A DNA stretch of 64,000 bases from Octopus sinensis (taxonomy: Eukaryota): assembly GCF_006345805.1 (NCBI RefSeq), contig NC_043011.1, positions 40,808,464 to 40,872,463 on the forward strand, in the 5' to 3' direction. Shown piece by piece: positions 25,015 to 37,812 of the stretch; position 1 is the first letter of the stretch; every line of letters starts with the position of its first letter. A program made the translations under genes and the position numbers. The notes below the pieces were generated by a model, which worked only from the letters and a program-made list of their open reading frames with translations, did not search any database and was not told the origin of the DNA.

Positions 25015-25215
25015 ACATTTTGGCACAAGGCCTACAATTTCTGGGTTGGGGGTAAGTCGATTACATCAACCCCAGTTGCGCATCTGGTCCTTATTTTAAT
25101 CGGTCCTGAAAGGGTGACAGGCAAAGTGAACCTTGGCGGAAATTGAACTCAGAACGTTAAAGACAGCCGAACTAATGCTAAGCATTTTTCCCGGCGTGAT
25201 AACCACTCCGCCAGC
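25015..25215 (-). mobile_element. SINE type A with alternative tail 2
   Basis: Reverse complement of GTTCTGAGTTCAA(A)TTCCGCC..GGTCGAT body. Confidence 0.75.
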
Positions 25216-25254
25216 TCACTGTCTTACAAATATACTATAATTATTGAAGAGTGA

Positions 25255-25545
25255 TTTGGGTAGGCACGTAGTCTAGAGGTCGGAATTACGATCGCTAGGC
25301 TAGGTCACGGGTTCGATTCCCGGATCGGGTGCTCCGTTGTGTTCTTGAGCAAAACACTCCATTTCACGGTGTTCTAGTTCAGACAGCAGTAAATAGGTAA
25401 CCCTGTGAGGCAATAGACTTTGAGTCTGGGGAATATTGGTCTGCTTACCTAGCCAGCCTGGTTGAGTCATTGGAATACTAAAACAATGTAAAGCGCATTG
25501 TGACCAGTGATATATAACAAAGATGGTAGTCTGGTCGATACCGTG
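25255..25545 (+). mobile_element. Old tRNA-SINE
   Basis: B box GGGTTCGATTCCC; GTGTTCTTGAGCAAAACACT...GTAAATAGGTAACC body. Confidence 0.6.
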
Positions 25546-25699
25546 AATTAGGGAATAAATGAAGCGTACATGTTCGTATGTGGGTGCAGATACAAAAAGA
25601 ACACGTTAAAGGACTATATATATGTGTGTGCGTATGTATGTGTACATATACATATACCTACCTACATTCATAATATATATATACATATATATATATAGA

Positions 25700-25905
25700 A
25701 AAAAAAATATATATAACGGGAAAGTTTATGAAAATAAACAAAAGACGAAGGCAGGTGGAGTACAAACAAACAAATGCATTAGTATAGCGCTCAGGAATAG
25801 AAATAGAAAAAGTCTTTTACGTTTCGAGCCTACGCTCTTCGACAGAAATATACACAGAAAAAAATAACAAGGAGAGAAAAAAACGTGTAGGAGCTAACGA
25901 TCTAT
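25700..25905 (-). mobile_element. Short Penelope-like repeat with hammerhead-like motif (25815-25848)
   Basis: Minus strand: UUU-CUGUCGA-A-GAGC GUAG GCUC-GAAA-CGU-A-AAA. Confidence 0.5.
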
Positions 25906-25906
25906 C

Positions 25907-25939
<33 letters not shown>

Positions 25940-25970
25940 ATATATAATATATATATATATAATATATATA

Positions 25971-26088
<118 letters not shown>

Positions 26089-26094
26089 GCATGT

Positions 26095-26253
26095 ATAGGC
26101 GTGGCTGTGTGGTAAGAAGCTTGCTTCCCAGCCATGTGGTTCCGGGTTCAGTCCCACTGCGTAACACCTTGGGCAATAGTCTTCTACCATAACCTCGGAC
26201 CGGCCAAAGCCTTGTGAGTGGATTTGGTGGACGGAAACTAAAAGAAGCCTGTC

Positions 26254-26287
<34 letters not shown>

Positions 26288-26580
26288 TGACACAAAGACA
26301 CATACGCAGATACACACACATGCATGTAAATATATATCTGCGTCTGTGTCTTTGTGTCTGCGTTTGTCTCCTCTCACCGCTTGATAACCGATTGACTGTA
26401 TTTACATCCCCGTAACTTAGCGGAACATTAGCGGTTCAGTAAAAAAGTCTGGTAAAATAAGTACTAGGCTTAAGAAATAAGAGCTGGGTCGATTTTTTTT
26501 ATTGAAAACTTTCAGAGAGGCGCCCCAGCATGGCCGCAGTCAAATAACTGAAACAAGCAGAAGAATCAAAGAACGAAAGA
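26095..26580 (+). mobile_element. Full-length SINE type B
   Basis: GGCGTGGCTGTGTGGTAAGAAGCTTGC head, core, internal (TA)n, 3' half and A-rich tail. Confidence 0.85.
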
Positions 26581-26744
26581 ATATGCATACATACAGCCAT
26601 AGTGTTTGTTCCTTGTTTAGGTCTTTAGAACTGAGAAACTGAGAGATGCGTGAAATAAATCATTGTTAACGTTTTAATTCGATCTAGAGAGAAAGCTGTA
26701 ATTAAAGCATATGAATATTTTGTTAAAACTTCTTTGGGTAGAAA

Positions 26745-26895
26745 CCTCCAAGACAGCTCCTGGTACTCAATCCCATGTCTTTAATAAGGATGAAAAGCAA
26801 AGTCGACCTCGGCGGAATTTGAACTCAGAACGTAAACGCAGACGTAATACCACTAAGCATTTCGCCCGGCGTGCTAACGATTCTGCCAGCTCGCC
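26745..26895 (-). mobile_element. SINE type A
   Basis: AAAGTCGACCTCGGCGGAATTTGAACTCAGAACG...CGTGCTAACGATTCTGCCAGCTCGCC. Confidence 0.85.
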
Positions 26896-27169
26896 GCCTA
26901 ATATCCTGGACTACATTGCGCGATGAATGGATCCTTTTTTTTTTAAACAAAGTTTATGGGAGACACACTTGGGATTTTTAGCCGGTTGAACGACGAGGAA
27001 TGGCTCTTTCATTGGCATATTAATGATCACCTTCATTATATCTTATTTAAGTCACTCTTGAAGATTGCTCTCCACCAGCCCTCTCTTTGATAAACCACAC
27101 TCTCGATAGGATATCCACACTACCATGGATATATTGTCAAAATTAAATCTATAGAACCAATCAACCAAA

Positions 27170-27457
27170 TGTTTGTTGTTTGTTCCTTCTCGAGTCATGC
27201 CTGGTTTCTTGGAGTATAGGTTCCCCACCTGGACGGGGCGCCGGTCCGTCACAGGTAAACTGCAAGATGTAGGAGAAAAGAGTGAGAGAAAGTTGTAGTG
27301 AAAGTGTCAGCAGAAGTTCGCCATTACCTTCTGCTGGAGCCGCGTGGAGCTTAGGTTTTTTGCTCATAAACACACAGATCGCCCGGTCTGAGATTCGAAC
27401 CCGCGATCCCTCGACTGCGATTCCGCTGCTCTAACCACTAGGCCATGTGCCTCCACA
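27170..27457 (-). mobile_element. Full-length SINE type C with (CAA)n-like tail
   Basis: Minus-strand head GGCACATGGCCTAGTGGTTAGAGCAGCGG...GGGTTCGAATCTC; tail AAGGAACAAACAACAA. Confidence 0.85.
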
Positions 27458-27623
27458 CCAAATGTTCATACTCGACATATCTCATTATCTACTACTCAAC
27501 ACACTATATCCCATGGTAATGTGAAACATATTCAGTCATCCAGTAATTTTCTTCGAATTCAATGATAAATCTAGCAGTTAATATATCTACTTCATCTCTT
27601 GATAGAAAGAAGTTTCACACACT

Positions 27624-27672
<49 letters not shown>

Positions 27673-27913
27673 CACACACACACACACACACTCAGCCCCC
27701 CCCCCCACACACACAAACAAACAAGCAAACAAACACACACAAGCCTAATTATATAGAGCTTTCAAACCTGATTTTTTTTCAACTACATATTATTTTATAA
27801 ATGATTTTCTATCAGAAACAAGAAAGTACCTGTGACCCTCGCAGGCTTTTTTTTTTTTTTTGCTATAACCAATTTTGTTCTGTTTCTTATTTTCGTCTCT
27901 TTATTTTATGTCA

Positions 27914-27959
<46 letters not shown>

Positions 27960-28104
27960 CTCTCTCTCTCTCTCGCTCTCTCTCTCTCTCACTCCTTCAC
28001 ATTCTTTTTTTTCAATTAAATATAATCTGTCTCTATATCTATGTTCTGTATACTTGAAGACAGTCTCGTCGTCGATTTAACTCTATTTCTAGTTGTGATG
28101 AGAC

Positions 28105-28105
28105 A

Positions 28106-28144
<39 letters not shown>

Positions 28145-28277
28145 GTGTATGTATGTATGTATGTATGTATGTATGTACGTATGTATGTATGTATGTATGT
28201 ATGTATGAATGTATGTATGTATGTATGTGTGTGTGTATGTATGTATGTATGAATGTATGTGTGTGCATGTATGTATG

Positions 28278-28311
<34 letters not shown>

Positions 28312-29030
28312 TGTATGTATGTATGAATGCATGTAAGTATGTATGTATGTATGAATGTATGTATGTATGTACGTACGTATGTATGTATGTATGTATGTGT
28401 GTGCATGTATGTATGTATGTATGTATGTATGTATGTATAAATGTATGTATGTATGTATGTATGTATGTATGTATGTATGTATGTATGAATGCATGTAAGT
28501 ATGTATGTATGTATGAATGTATGTATGTATGTACGTACGTATGTATGTATGTATGTATGTGTGTGCATGTATGTATGTATGTATGTATGTATGTATGTAT
28601 GTATGTATGTATGTATGTATGTATGTATGTATGTATGCATGTATGTATTTATGTATGTATGTATGTATGTATGTATGAATGTATGTGTGTTTGTATGTAT
28701 GTATGTATTTATGTATGTATGTATGTTTGAATGTATGTATGTATGTATGTATGTATGTATGAATGAATGTATGTATGTATGTATGTATGAATGTATGTAT
28801 GTATGTATGTATATATGTATGTATGTATGTATATATGTATGTGTGTGCATGTATGTAGGTATGTATGTATGTATGTATGTATGTATGTGTGTGTGTACGT
28901 ATGTATGTATGTGTGTGCATGTATGTATGTATGTATGTTGTATGTATGTATGTTGTGTGTGTGTATGTATGTATGTATGAATGTATGTATGAATGTATGT
29001 GTGTGTGTGTATGTATGTATGTATGTACAT
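28105..29030. repeat. (TAAA)n plus long (ATGT)n array with a higher-order repeat of about 160 bp
   Basis: Variant block GAATGCATGTAAG...ACGTACGT...GTGTGCAT occurs at 28325 and again at 28487. Confidence 0.9.
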
Positions 29031-29223
29031 TTATATTCGTAATAACCTCTATTCTTTTGCCTAAAACTTCTGTCGTCTAGTTGTTTTCTTTTACATGAGT
29101 TTTTTCTTTCATTCCTTCCTTCTTTCTTTCTTTCTTTCTTCCCGCGCCATTCTTTTTAATTGCGTGTGTACATATATGTGTATATGTACCTGCCCACGCG
29201 CGCGCGCGCACACACGCACACAA

Positions 29224-29273
<50 letters not shown>

Positions 29274-29284
29274 ATTTATTCTTT

Positions 29285-29635
29285 TATTCTTTTACCTCTT
29301 TCAGTCTTTTGACTGCGGTCATGCCGGAGCATCGCTTTGAAGGGCTTTAGTTGAACAAATCGACCCGAGGACTAATTTTTTAAAAGCCTAATTTCTATTC
29401 TGGCTGACCCTTTTTGCCGAACCACTAAGTTACGTGGACGTAACCCCCCCACATTAATAATTATATACGTATACACGACGAACTTCTTTCAGTTTCATTC
29501 TACCATGTCCACTCATAAGGCTTGGTCGGCCCCACGCTATAGTAGAAGGTGCATGCCTCAGGTGCCACGTAGTGGGATTGAACCCGGAACCATGTGGTTG
29601 GGAAGCATGCTTCTTTGCACAAAGCCTCGCCTGCG
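29285..29635 (-). mobile_element. SINE type B
   Basis: Reverse complement of both halves. Confidence 0.8.
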
Positions 29636-29659
29636 CCTATGAATGAATCAATCAATCAA

Positions 29660-30803
29660 TCAATCCATTCCGCGTTGCTCTCAAGCCGTCCTGGGTCGAC
29701 CTTGAGTGACTTCAACACAACCAAAGCATTCTATAGGGGATTAGTGGAGGGGAGGTACGACGACGAGCTCGGGGCGAACCTGGACGTCGACGAGGAGTAC
29801 CTGACCCACCTGTTCAGTACGACTTTCGGGCCAGGGCCCATGGGCAACTTCCAGAGATCCCTGGCCTGGCAGTGCTACCGAGAAGCGCTACCAGTTCGGG
29901 ATAAGCTCTACAGACACGGCTCGAGAAACACGGGGCCGACCTGCCCGAGATGCGGTCAGAGCGACGAAACCGTTCTGCACGCACTCGTGCAGTGTCCAAC
30001 AATTTCCGACCTGTGGGCTTATGTCGAACGACTGCTGTCACGTGTGGGACGAGTCGGTTTATAAGCTGAGTCTATCGTCAATATTGTCACGCCTCCTTCC
30101 TTCAAACGGGAAGGAAGAGCTATTTTCATCATCCTTGTGGCTATGGCGAAATAATGTATCTGGTGGACGCGTCTGAAAGGATTGGAGACAAACACTTTCC
30201 TCTCTGGTCAATCTCTCATCAACTTCTTCAAGTTCCACTTGAAAAGGAAAGTGAGAGTAGAGAGGCAAGTTTTGTCTAGCGAATGTTTTAAAAAAAGATG
30301 GGTGAATGTAGCAAGGATGGCACGTATGAATGAAGAAGCCACCTTGAGCATAATCCTATGAACCCAGAAATTGAAAACAGAGGGTTACCCACTTGCAAAC
30401 AAGTGTGGTAACATATAACAATATTGACCAAGGTTACCGTGGTCTTTTTCGTAGGCTTTTCTTCCCACGGATAAACCTTACTTGCTTTCCCCTTTACACC
30501 ATATATCATAACACTGTGATACACGATCCCTATTGATCGTTCTTTTTTTCCCCTTTTTTCTTCTTTTTTCATTTATCTTTTCTTTTGTTCCTTTTCCTTT
30601 TCTTTTTTTCTTTTTATTTTTTATTTTTTATTTTATTTATTTTTTTGTTCGTTTCTTCCCTTTTACGATCCCTCTTGATCGAAAACCTACGCCACCCCTT
30701 TTTTTTTGTTTATTTTGTTTTTTGTTTTTTCATCCCCTAAAAGAAAAGCTCTACCTTGTAACTTGTCCCATCTGTGTGCAGCCCTGTGTGGCCAATAAAG
30801 AAA
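29660..30803 (+). pseudogene. Tx1/L1-clade LINE 3' end: ORF2 C-terminal zf-RVT region plus 3' UTR
   Basis: WQCYREALPVRDKL...CPRCGQSDETVLHALVQCP...W; T-rich UTR, AATAAA, then (TATC)n. Confidence 0.85.
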
Positions 30804-30804
30804 C

Positions 30805-30870
<66 letters not shown>

Positions 30871-30898
30871 GTGTTTCTATACTAAGAATTATCAGTAC

Positions 30899-31325
30899 TT
30901 AAACGAGTTGGCAGAAATGCTAGCACGCCGGGCGAAATGCTTAGTGGTATTTCATTTGCCGCTACATTCTGAGTTCAAATTCCGCCGAGGTCAACTTTGC
31001 CTTTCATCCTTTCGGGGTCAATTAAATAAGTACCATTTATTTTCTGAGATTTTACAAAAACCACCAAAAATTGGTGGGGTCGAATTATCGACTTAATTCG
31101 TTTGTCTGTCCTTGTTTGTCCCCTTTGTGTGTAGCCCCTTGTGGGTAGTAAAGAAATAGGTATTTATTCTGTCTTTACGTTCTGAGTTCAAATTCCGCCG
31201 ATGTAGACTTTGCCTTTCATCCTTTCGGGGTCGATAAATTAAGTACCAGTTTTGTACTGGGGTCGATCTAATCGACTGGCTCCTCTCCTCCAAAATTTCG
31301 GGCCTTGTGCCTAGAGTAGAAAAGT
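30899..31325 (+). mobile_element. Composite (tandem) SINE type A, tail 1 then tail 2
   Basis: Two GTTCTGAGTTCAAATTCCGCCG cores joined at GAAATAGGTATTT. Confidence 0.8.
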
Positions 31326-31859
31326 ATTTAAACATAATATTCAAACATATTATTTTGCAATTAATTATAATACTGCTATCTCAACAAAGACCGCATTAAA
31401 AGATCACTCTAATTATTTTGGCGATCATATTTCTTTGATATTGCTTTTCCCATAAAAATATCTATTCTGAAAATATCATCATTTTAATTAATGACTATTT
31501 TATCAACTAATCGTCAGTTTCTGTTGATGTGTTGTTACCAAATTAAAAAAGATCCTTTAACTGATATGAAAGTTATTTTTTGCTATTTACACATTCAAGT
31601 AATTATCAGCTGCTCCGATGTTGTCTCAAAATACCAAATGATTCCTCAAATGATATGGAACTTGCTTTTTCTTTCTAAGCCCCCATCAAGTAATCATAAA
31701 TTCTTAAGGCGGAGTTCTAACTAAATTAGTAAGATCATTTAAATGATAGAGATACGTTCTTTTTGTTTTTTATTGTTTAGCCTAAGGTCAGCTATGACTG
31801 AATAGAACCGCCATGAAAAGCAATTCTGAGCTATTTAAGATGTCCGAACACGGAATCGT

Positions 31860-32010
31860 TTTCTTACCACTTTTCTCTTCTGTTAATTTTCTAATGAAGG
31901 TCAAGCGTCCGAAACGTCAATACACTTTTCCTTCCTTTCAAGCGTAAAACATATACGCTATATTTGTTCAAACTTCTCCCACCTGTGTAGTTTCCTTTTG
32001 GTGCTCAATG
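31860..32010 (+). mobile_element. Short Penelope-like repeat with degenerate hammerhead (31889-31920)
   Basis: UU-CUAAUGA-A-GG UCAAGCGU CC-GAAA-CGU-C-AA. Confidence 0.5.
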
Positions 32011-32522
32011 CTTATTATCTGTCTGTCCCTCTGTCTGTCAGTCTGTATGTCTATTCATCTATCTATACATACATATCAATATATATATACGTACATATAT
32101 GTGTGTATGCAGTCATGTATGTATGAATGTATATGTGTTTGTTAGCCTATTTATGTACATATATCAACGGAGCATTTAACAGAGAGAAGAAATTACTTGT
32201 TATTAGAATTTGAATACCCTAGAGGGAACTTGCGTCTACTAAATGCTTGGATAAGTTTTTCAATAAACTGTATTACATATATGAGAATCTACCAAAATTC
32301 ATTAAACAAATCATTTGATGAAAAGTAGACTAGTCACGATTAAAAGTGAAAGACATGTTTATTTTTCGTCAATATATCACAGATGGCATCATCCAATGCG
32401 ACATTACTTAATCTACAACGATCAAATTAGTTTCGAGGGAGATTTAACTAATATTTTTATAAAAAGACGAGCAACCTTCTGTTAATGCCACTTAAATATT
32501 TTTCAAAAATGTACTTGTTTCA

Positions 32523-33138
32523 AGGCAGCGAACTGGCGCGCATTTTGCACACCAGGCAAAATTCTTAGCGGTATTTTGTCTGCCGTTACATTCTGAGTTC
32601 AAATTCCGCCGAGGTCGACTTTACCTTTCATCCTTTCGGGGTCGATTAAATAAGTACCAGTTACGCACTGCGGTCGATATAATCGACTTAATCCGTTTGT
32701 CTGTCTTTGTTTGCCCTGTCTGTGTTTAGCCCCCTGTGGGGAGTAAAGAAACAGGTATTTCGTCTGCCGCTTCGTTCTGAGTTCAAATTCCGCCGACGTC
32801 GACTTTGCCTTTATCCTTTCGGGGTCGATAAATTAAGTACCACTTACCGACTGGGGTCGATATAATCGACTTAATCCCTTTGTCTGTCCTTGTTTGTCCC
32901 CATTATTTTTAGCCCCTTGTGGGCAATAAAGAAATAAGAATCGTCGGCACGTTGAGAATAATGCTTTGTGGAATTCGATCTGTCGTCTTTACGTTCTGAG
33001 TTCAAATTCCGCCGAGGTCGACTTTGCCTTTCATCCTTTCGGGGTCGATACATTAAGTACCAGTTTCGTACTGGAGTCGATCTAATCAACTGGCTCCCTC
33101 CCCCAAAATTCTCGTGTGATGTGCCTAGAATAGAAAAG
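32523..33138 (+). mobile_element. Three head-to-tail SINE type A units (tail 1, tail 1, tail 2)
   Basis: Units restart at about 32754 and about 32936. Confidence 0.85.
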
Positions 33139-33601
33139 AATAGTGTTAGTTGAGCAAACTGAACTCGTTCCTACTTTTTTTGAAAATTCGATACTTATAT
33201 TATCGTTCTTATTTGCCCAACCGCTAAGTTAGAGAAATGTACACAAACCAACGCATATTGTCAAGCAGTGACTGGAGGACAAACGCAAATACACACATAC
33301 ATACATATTTGACAAGCTTCCGGACAGTTTCCTTCTAAACACGAAACCTTATGGTTGTAAATTGAACTTCTTAATCGTTACAGACTTGCCCACGTTCGGT
33401 ATTTTGAAATTACTTAAAATAGAAAACGTTATATTAAATGGTTGTATACTGTCAATCTAACAAGAACGTGACAGTAGGGGGTACACCACCGCTGTATAGC
33501 CCTAGGAAGCATCGAACGCCTCCTGATAGCTTTGACACATTTTTTCCCTGTGTCCTTATATACATATACGAAGGGGAGACAAACACGCCCGGCTGCCGGA
33601 A

Positions 33602-33659
33602 CTGCATCTAGGGACACCGTGTTTCAGGATCGTTGTCCTTCATCGGCCTAGAGTAGCAG
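33602..33659 (-). ncRNA. Type I hammerhead motif with U4C
   Basis: CUGC UAC UCUAGG-CCGAUGA-AGGA CAACGA UCCU-GAAA-CAC G GUG-UC-CCUAGA U GCAG; all three stems pair, GUC triplet. Confidence 0.65.
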
Positions 33660-34019
33660 ACACCGGTCAGCAATTTTCCAGATAAGAGCGTATCAAACGA
33701 AGAGACATTAAATAAATTGATATTAGTCTTTATTCGGCTTTGTTGCACCCATTACTCTTATGTTTTACTTATTTGAATCTTTTCTGTTGCGAATGTTTTC
33801 TTGTCTTGCCTTTGCCGTAAGATTCACTTTTTATCTCATTTGATTTCATGATAATTCCCGTCCTTTTCATAGACATACGTACACGCACACATGCGCGCGC
33901 ATATACACATACATACATACATACATACATACATACATACATACACACATACACACATACATGCATGCATGCATGAATACATACATGTATATGAATTTCT
34001 ACAGATCGATATCTTTCTT

Positions 34020-34410
34020 CTTTTTTTTTCTTTTTACTTGTTTCAGTCATTTGACTGCGGCCATGCTGGAGCACCGCCTTTAGTCAAGCAGATCGACCCC
34101 GGGACTTATTCTATGTAAGCCCAGTACTTATTCTATCGGTCTCTTTTTGCCGAACCGCTAAGTGACGGAGACATAAACACACCAGCATTGGTTGTAAAGC
34201 AATGCTAGGGGGACAAACACAGACACACAAACCTACACACACATATATATATACATACGACAGGCTTCTTTCAGTTTCCGTCTACCAAATCCACTCACAA
34301 GGCATTGGTCGGCCCGGAGCTATAGCAGAAGACACTTGCCCAAGATGCCACGCAGTGGGACTGAATCAATCTGGAACCATGTGGTTGGTAAGCAAGCTAC
34401 TTACCACACA
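34020..34410 (-). mobile_element. Full-length SINE type B
   Basis: Reverse complement of 12335-12672 and 26095-26580. Confidence 0.85.
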
Positions 34411-34607
34411 GCCTACATATATATTTATTTGAACATATGCATATCTTTACCTACTTACCTCCCTCCCTGAATCCCTCTCTCGCTCCCTCCCTATCTATCT
34501 ACCTACCTACCTACCTACCTACCTACATACCGACCTACATGTCTGTCGGTTTGTCTGTGTGTCTGTCTATGTGTCTGTCTGTCGGTTTGTCTGTGTGTCT
34601 GTCTATG

Positions 34608-34672
<65 letters not shown>

Positions 34673-34677
34673 GTCTG

Positions 34678-34795
<118 letters not shown>

Positions 34796-34812
34796 TTAAT
34801 ACATACGCAAAC

Positions 34813-35700
34813 ACACGAAGGTTGTGCTGAAAGTAATGCAAAGTTGAACACAACTTTTTATTAGCTGGCATAAATTGCTAAAATTAGCTATGTTGGTAGA
34901 GTAGCTGTGGCTCTCTAAGAACGCTTCTTCCTGTTTTTCATAGCAGAAAAATAATGGTTTCCAAGCAGATATAAATTACTTTCATTAAGTTCTCAATGAA
35001 AAAGGGGCACAGACTGTGCAGCCCACGCAGACGACGACATGTTGTTTATGGTGATAAGACTATTAGCGGGATGAATGTGTACAGATGGACGAAGGATTTT
35101 AAAGAAAGCAAAACAGCTTCGAAGATGAATCACGTATTGGGAACCCATCAGCAATGACCACCGTCACGAATCAAGAACGAGTAACTACGAGCGAATAAAG
35201 ACCCTCACTTACGAGTCACAATCCGTGACCTTGTTGCAGAACTGGACAGTGGCCACAGTAAATTATAGAACACTGTTGAAGACTTCGAGTATCGGGAAGT
35301 GTGTGTGAAAAGTGGGTATCTCGGCCGCTGACACCGGATATGAAGAAGAGAAAGGCAGAAATCTACGCTGATAAACTAGAAGCGTTTGAAACAAATGGAA
35401 TATTTTGGGGGTGGTTTGCTCTTTGGTGAAAAGGATGAAATGAAGGCATATCTTTATGATCCGGAAACGAAGACGGTCCATGAGATGGTGTCACACTTTT
35501 CTATAAGGCCTTAGAAGTTAAAGAGCCAGTGATTAGCTCAGAGTGTCATGGCGTTCGTTATTTGGGACTGACATGAGCGTCAGCATAATATAATTTGATC
35601 TTTCTGGAACATGGTTGTACCATGAGCAGTGAGGGATAAACTGAGTCAATAAAAAACATCATAAGAAACCCATAAGAAGGAAGAAACCAAACAAACATCT
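34813..35700 (+). pseudogene. Degraded mariner transposase fragment
   Basis: Remnants of HTH, WV(P)R.LT (TGGGTATCTCGGCCGCTGAC) and YDPETK motifs with many stops and frameshifts. Confidence 0.6.
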
Positions 35701-35974
35701 GAAAACTATCTAAATTCTCTATGACAATGCGAAATCAAGTACACATATTTGGTTACAAAGCAGACAGTCAACAAGCGGAGATGGTCAGAGATTCCGATAT
35801 CCTTCGTATAACACGTATTTGGCGTTCTCCGACTTCCATCTTTACAGCCTTTTCCCAGTCTAGCGGTCATTCCAGATATTCTATTGGCTCAGGGATGAAT
35901 GGGAGAAGTGAAAAAACGTGTATATCAACTCTGTATTAGGTTCCCTTTTAAAGCAATTAGTGAGAGCATGGCAT

Positions 35975-36205
35975 AAAGCGAGCTGGCAGAAACGTTAGCA
36001 CGCCGGGCGAAATGCTTAGCGGTATTTCGTCTGCCGTTACGTTCTGAGTTCAAATTCCGCCGAGGTCGACTTTGCCTTTCATCCTTTCGGAGTCGATAAA
36101 TTAATCACCAGTTACGCACTGGGGTCGATGTAATCGACTTAATACCTATGTCTGTCCTTGTTTGTCCCCTCTATGTTTAGCCCCTTGTGGGTAATAAAGA
36201 AACAG
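35975..36205 (+). mobile_element. Single full-length SINE type A with tail 1
   Basis: GCGAGCTGGCAGAAACGTTAGCACGCCGGGCG...AGCCCCTTGTGGGTAATAAAGAAA. Confidence 0.88.
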
Positions 36206-37252
36206 GCATAGGCCACAAAGCCACACTCACTTGCGTGTAACGACTGAAAACGCATACCTATGTGTTCATATGTTCTGCATGTTTTGTATTTAACACTTCG
36301 GGGAGATTCTTCAATATTGTACTTGAGTAGGTGTGAAAAATTAGCATATTAAAATAAGCTAAATAATTCACGGCAGTTAATTGCCAAGATAATTATTCTA
36401 ATTTTGTATTTTATGCTTAGCTGTTGAGTGTTTATATTTACATTGTTTACTCTTTTTTTTTATTTAATTCTTGTTGTTTGTTTGGTTTTTCATGAAAGGA
36501 AACTCTAAAGATTCTCTTCGTTATCTGTTTTATTGAATATTATTTTTGTTTGTATTATCATTTTAAACAGTATCACGCAATTAAAGTATTTAATAAATTT
36601 GCATAGTAATGATTTTCGTGTTAATGTTAAACCATGATTATCTATAATTAATTTCCCAGCCTTTCTAGGTAAAATAAAACCAACCAAACAACAACAAACG
36701 AATAAAACAACATACTGCAAACAATAAGACAAAAAAACAAACAAATACCAATGTTGATTTTCATCGCCGATTTTCATAACATTGCGCTCTACGATGCACC
36801 ATATTTGATTTATAGGAAATATAAATAAATTTATTAATTACAAGAAGTAATCTTTATTATTTGCTTAATAGTTTAAAACAAATAACACTACATGGCAGAA
36901 AGATTTTTAAAATGTTCAGATCATCAAAAATGTCAAACGATTTTGTAAATCATTTCAGTCGGCCACCTCTTGATCTGTGAAAACATATAAATATGCTAAC
37001 AAATAATTCTTGTGAATCCCCAGTAGATGGTTTAACATGACTGGCTTCGTAAGGATAACACGAGGGATACTGAGATAGTGGAGCATTGGGATACAGGAAA
37101 ACAAGGATACTGGAGTAGATGGATAAATCAAAAGGTCTTTGTTTATTTTTACATTTTTATTTAATGGTTGGATAGCATTACACGTATCTTTCCCCCTCTC
37201 CCTCTCAATATATATATATAGATATATATGTTTGTTTGTGTATATATATATG

Positions 37253-37286
<34 letters not shown>

Positions 37287-37331
37287 ATATACGCGTATAT
37301 ATATATATATACATGTATATATTATATATAC

Positions 37332-37377
<46 letters not shown>

Positions 37378-37398
37378 GCGTATATATATATATATATT

Positions 37399-37440
<42 letters not shown>

Positions 37441-37484
37441 GTGTATATATATATATATATACATGTATATATATATATATACAT

Positions 37485-37589
<105 letters not shown>

Positions 37590-37710
37590 GTATACATTTA
37601 GATAGATATATATGTGTGTATATATATATACATACACACACATATAGTTACATTGAATCAGTAAAACGAAAATCAACAACCGTTATCCGATACGTACATC
37701 TCACTCTCTC

Positions 37711-37812
<102 letters not shown>

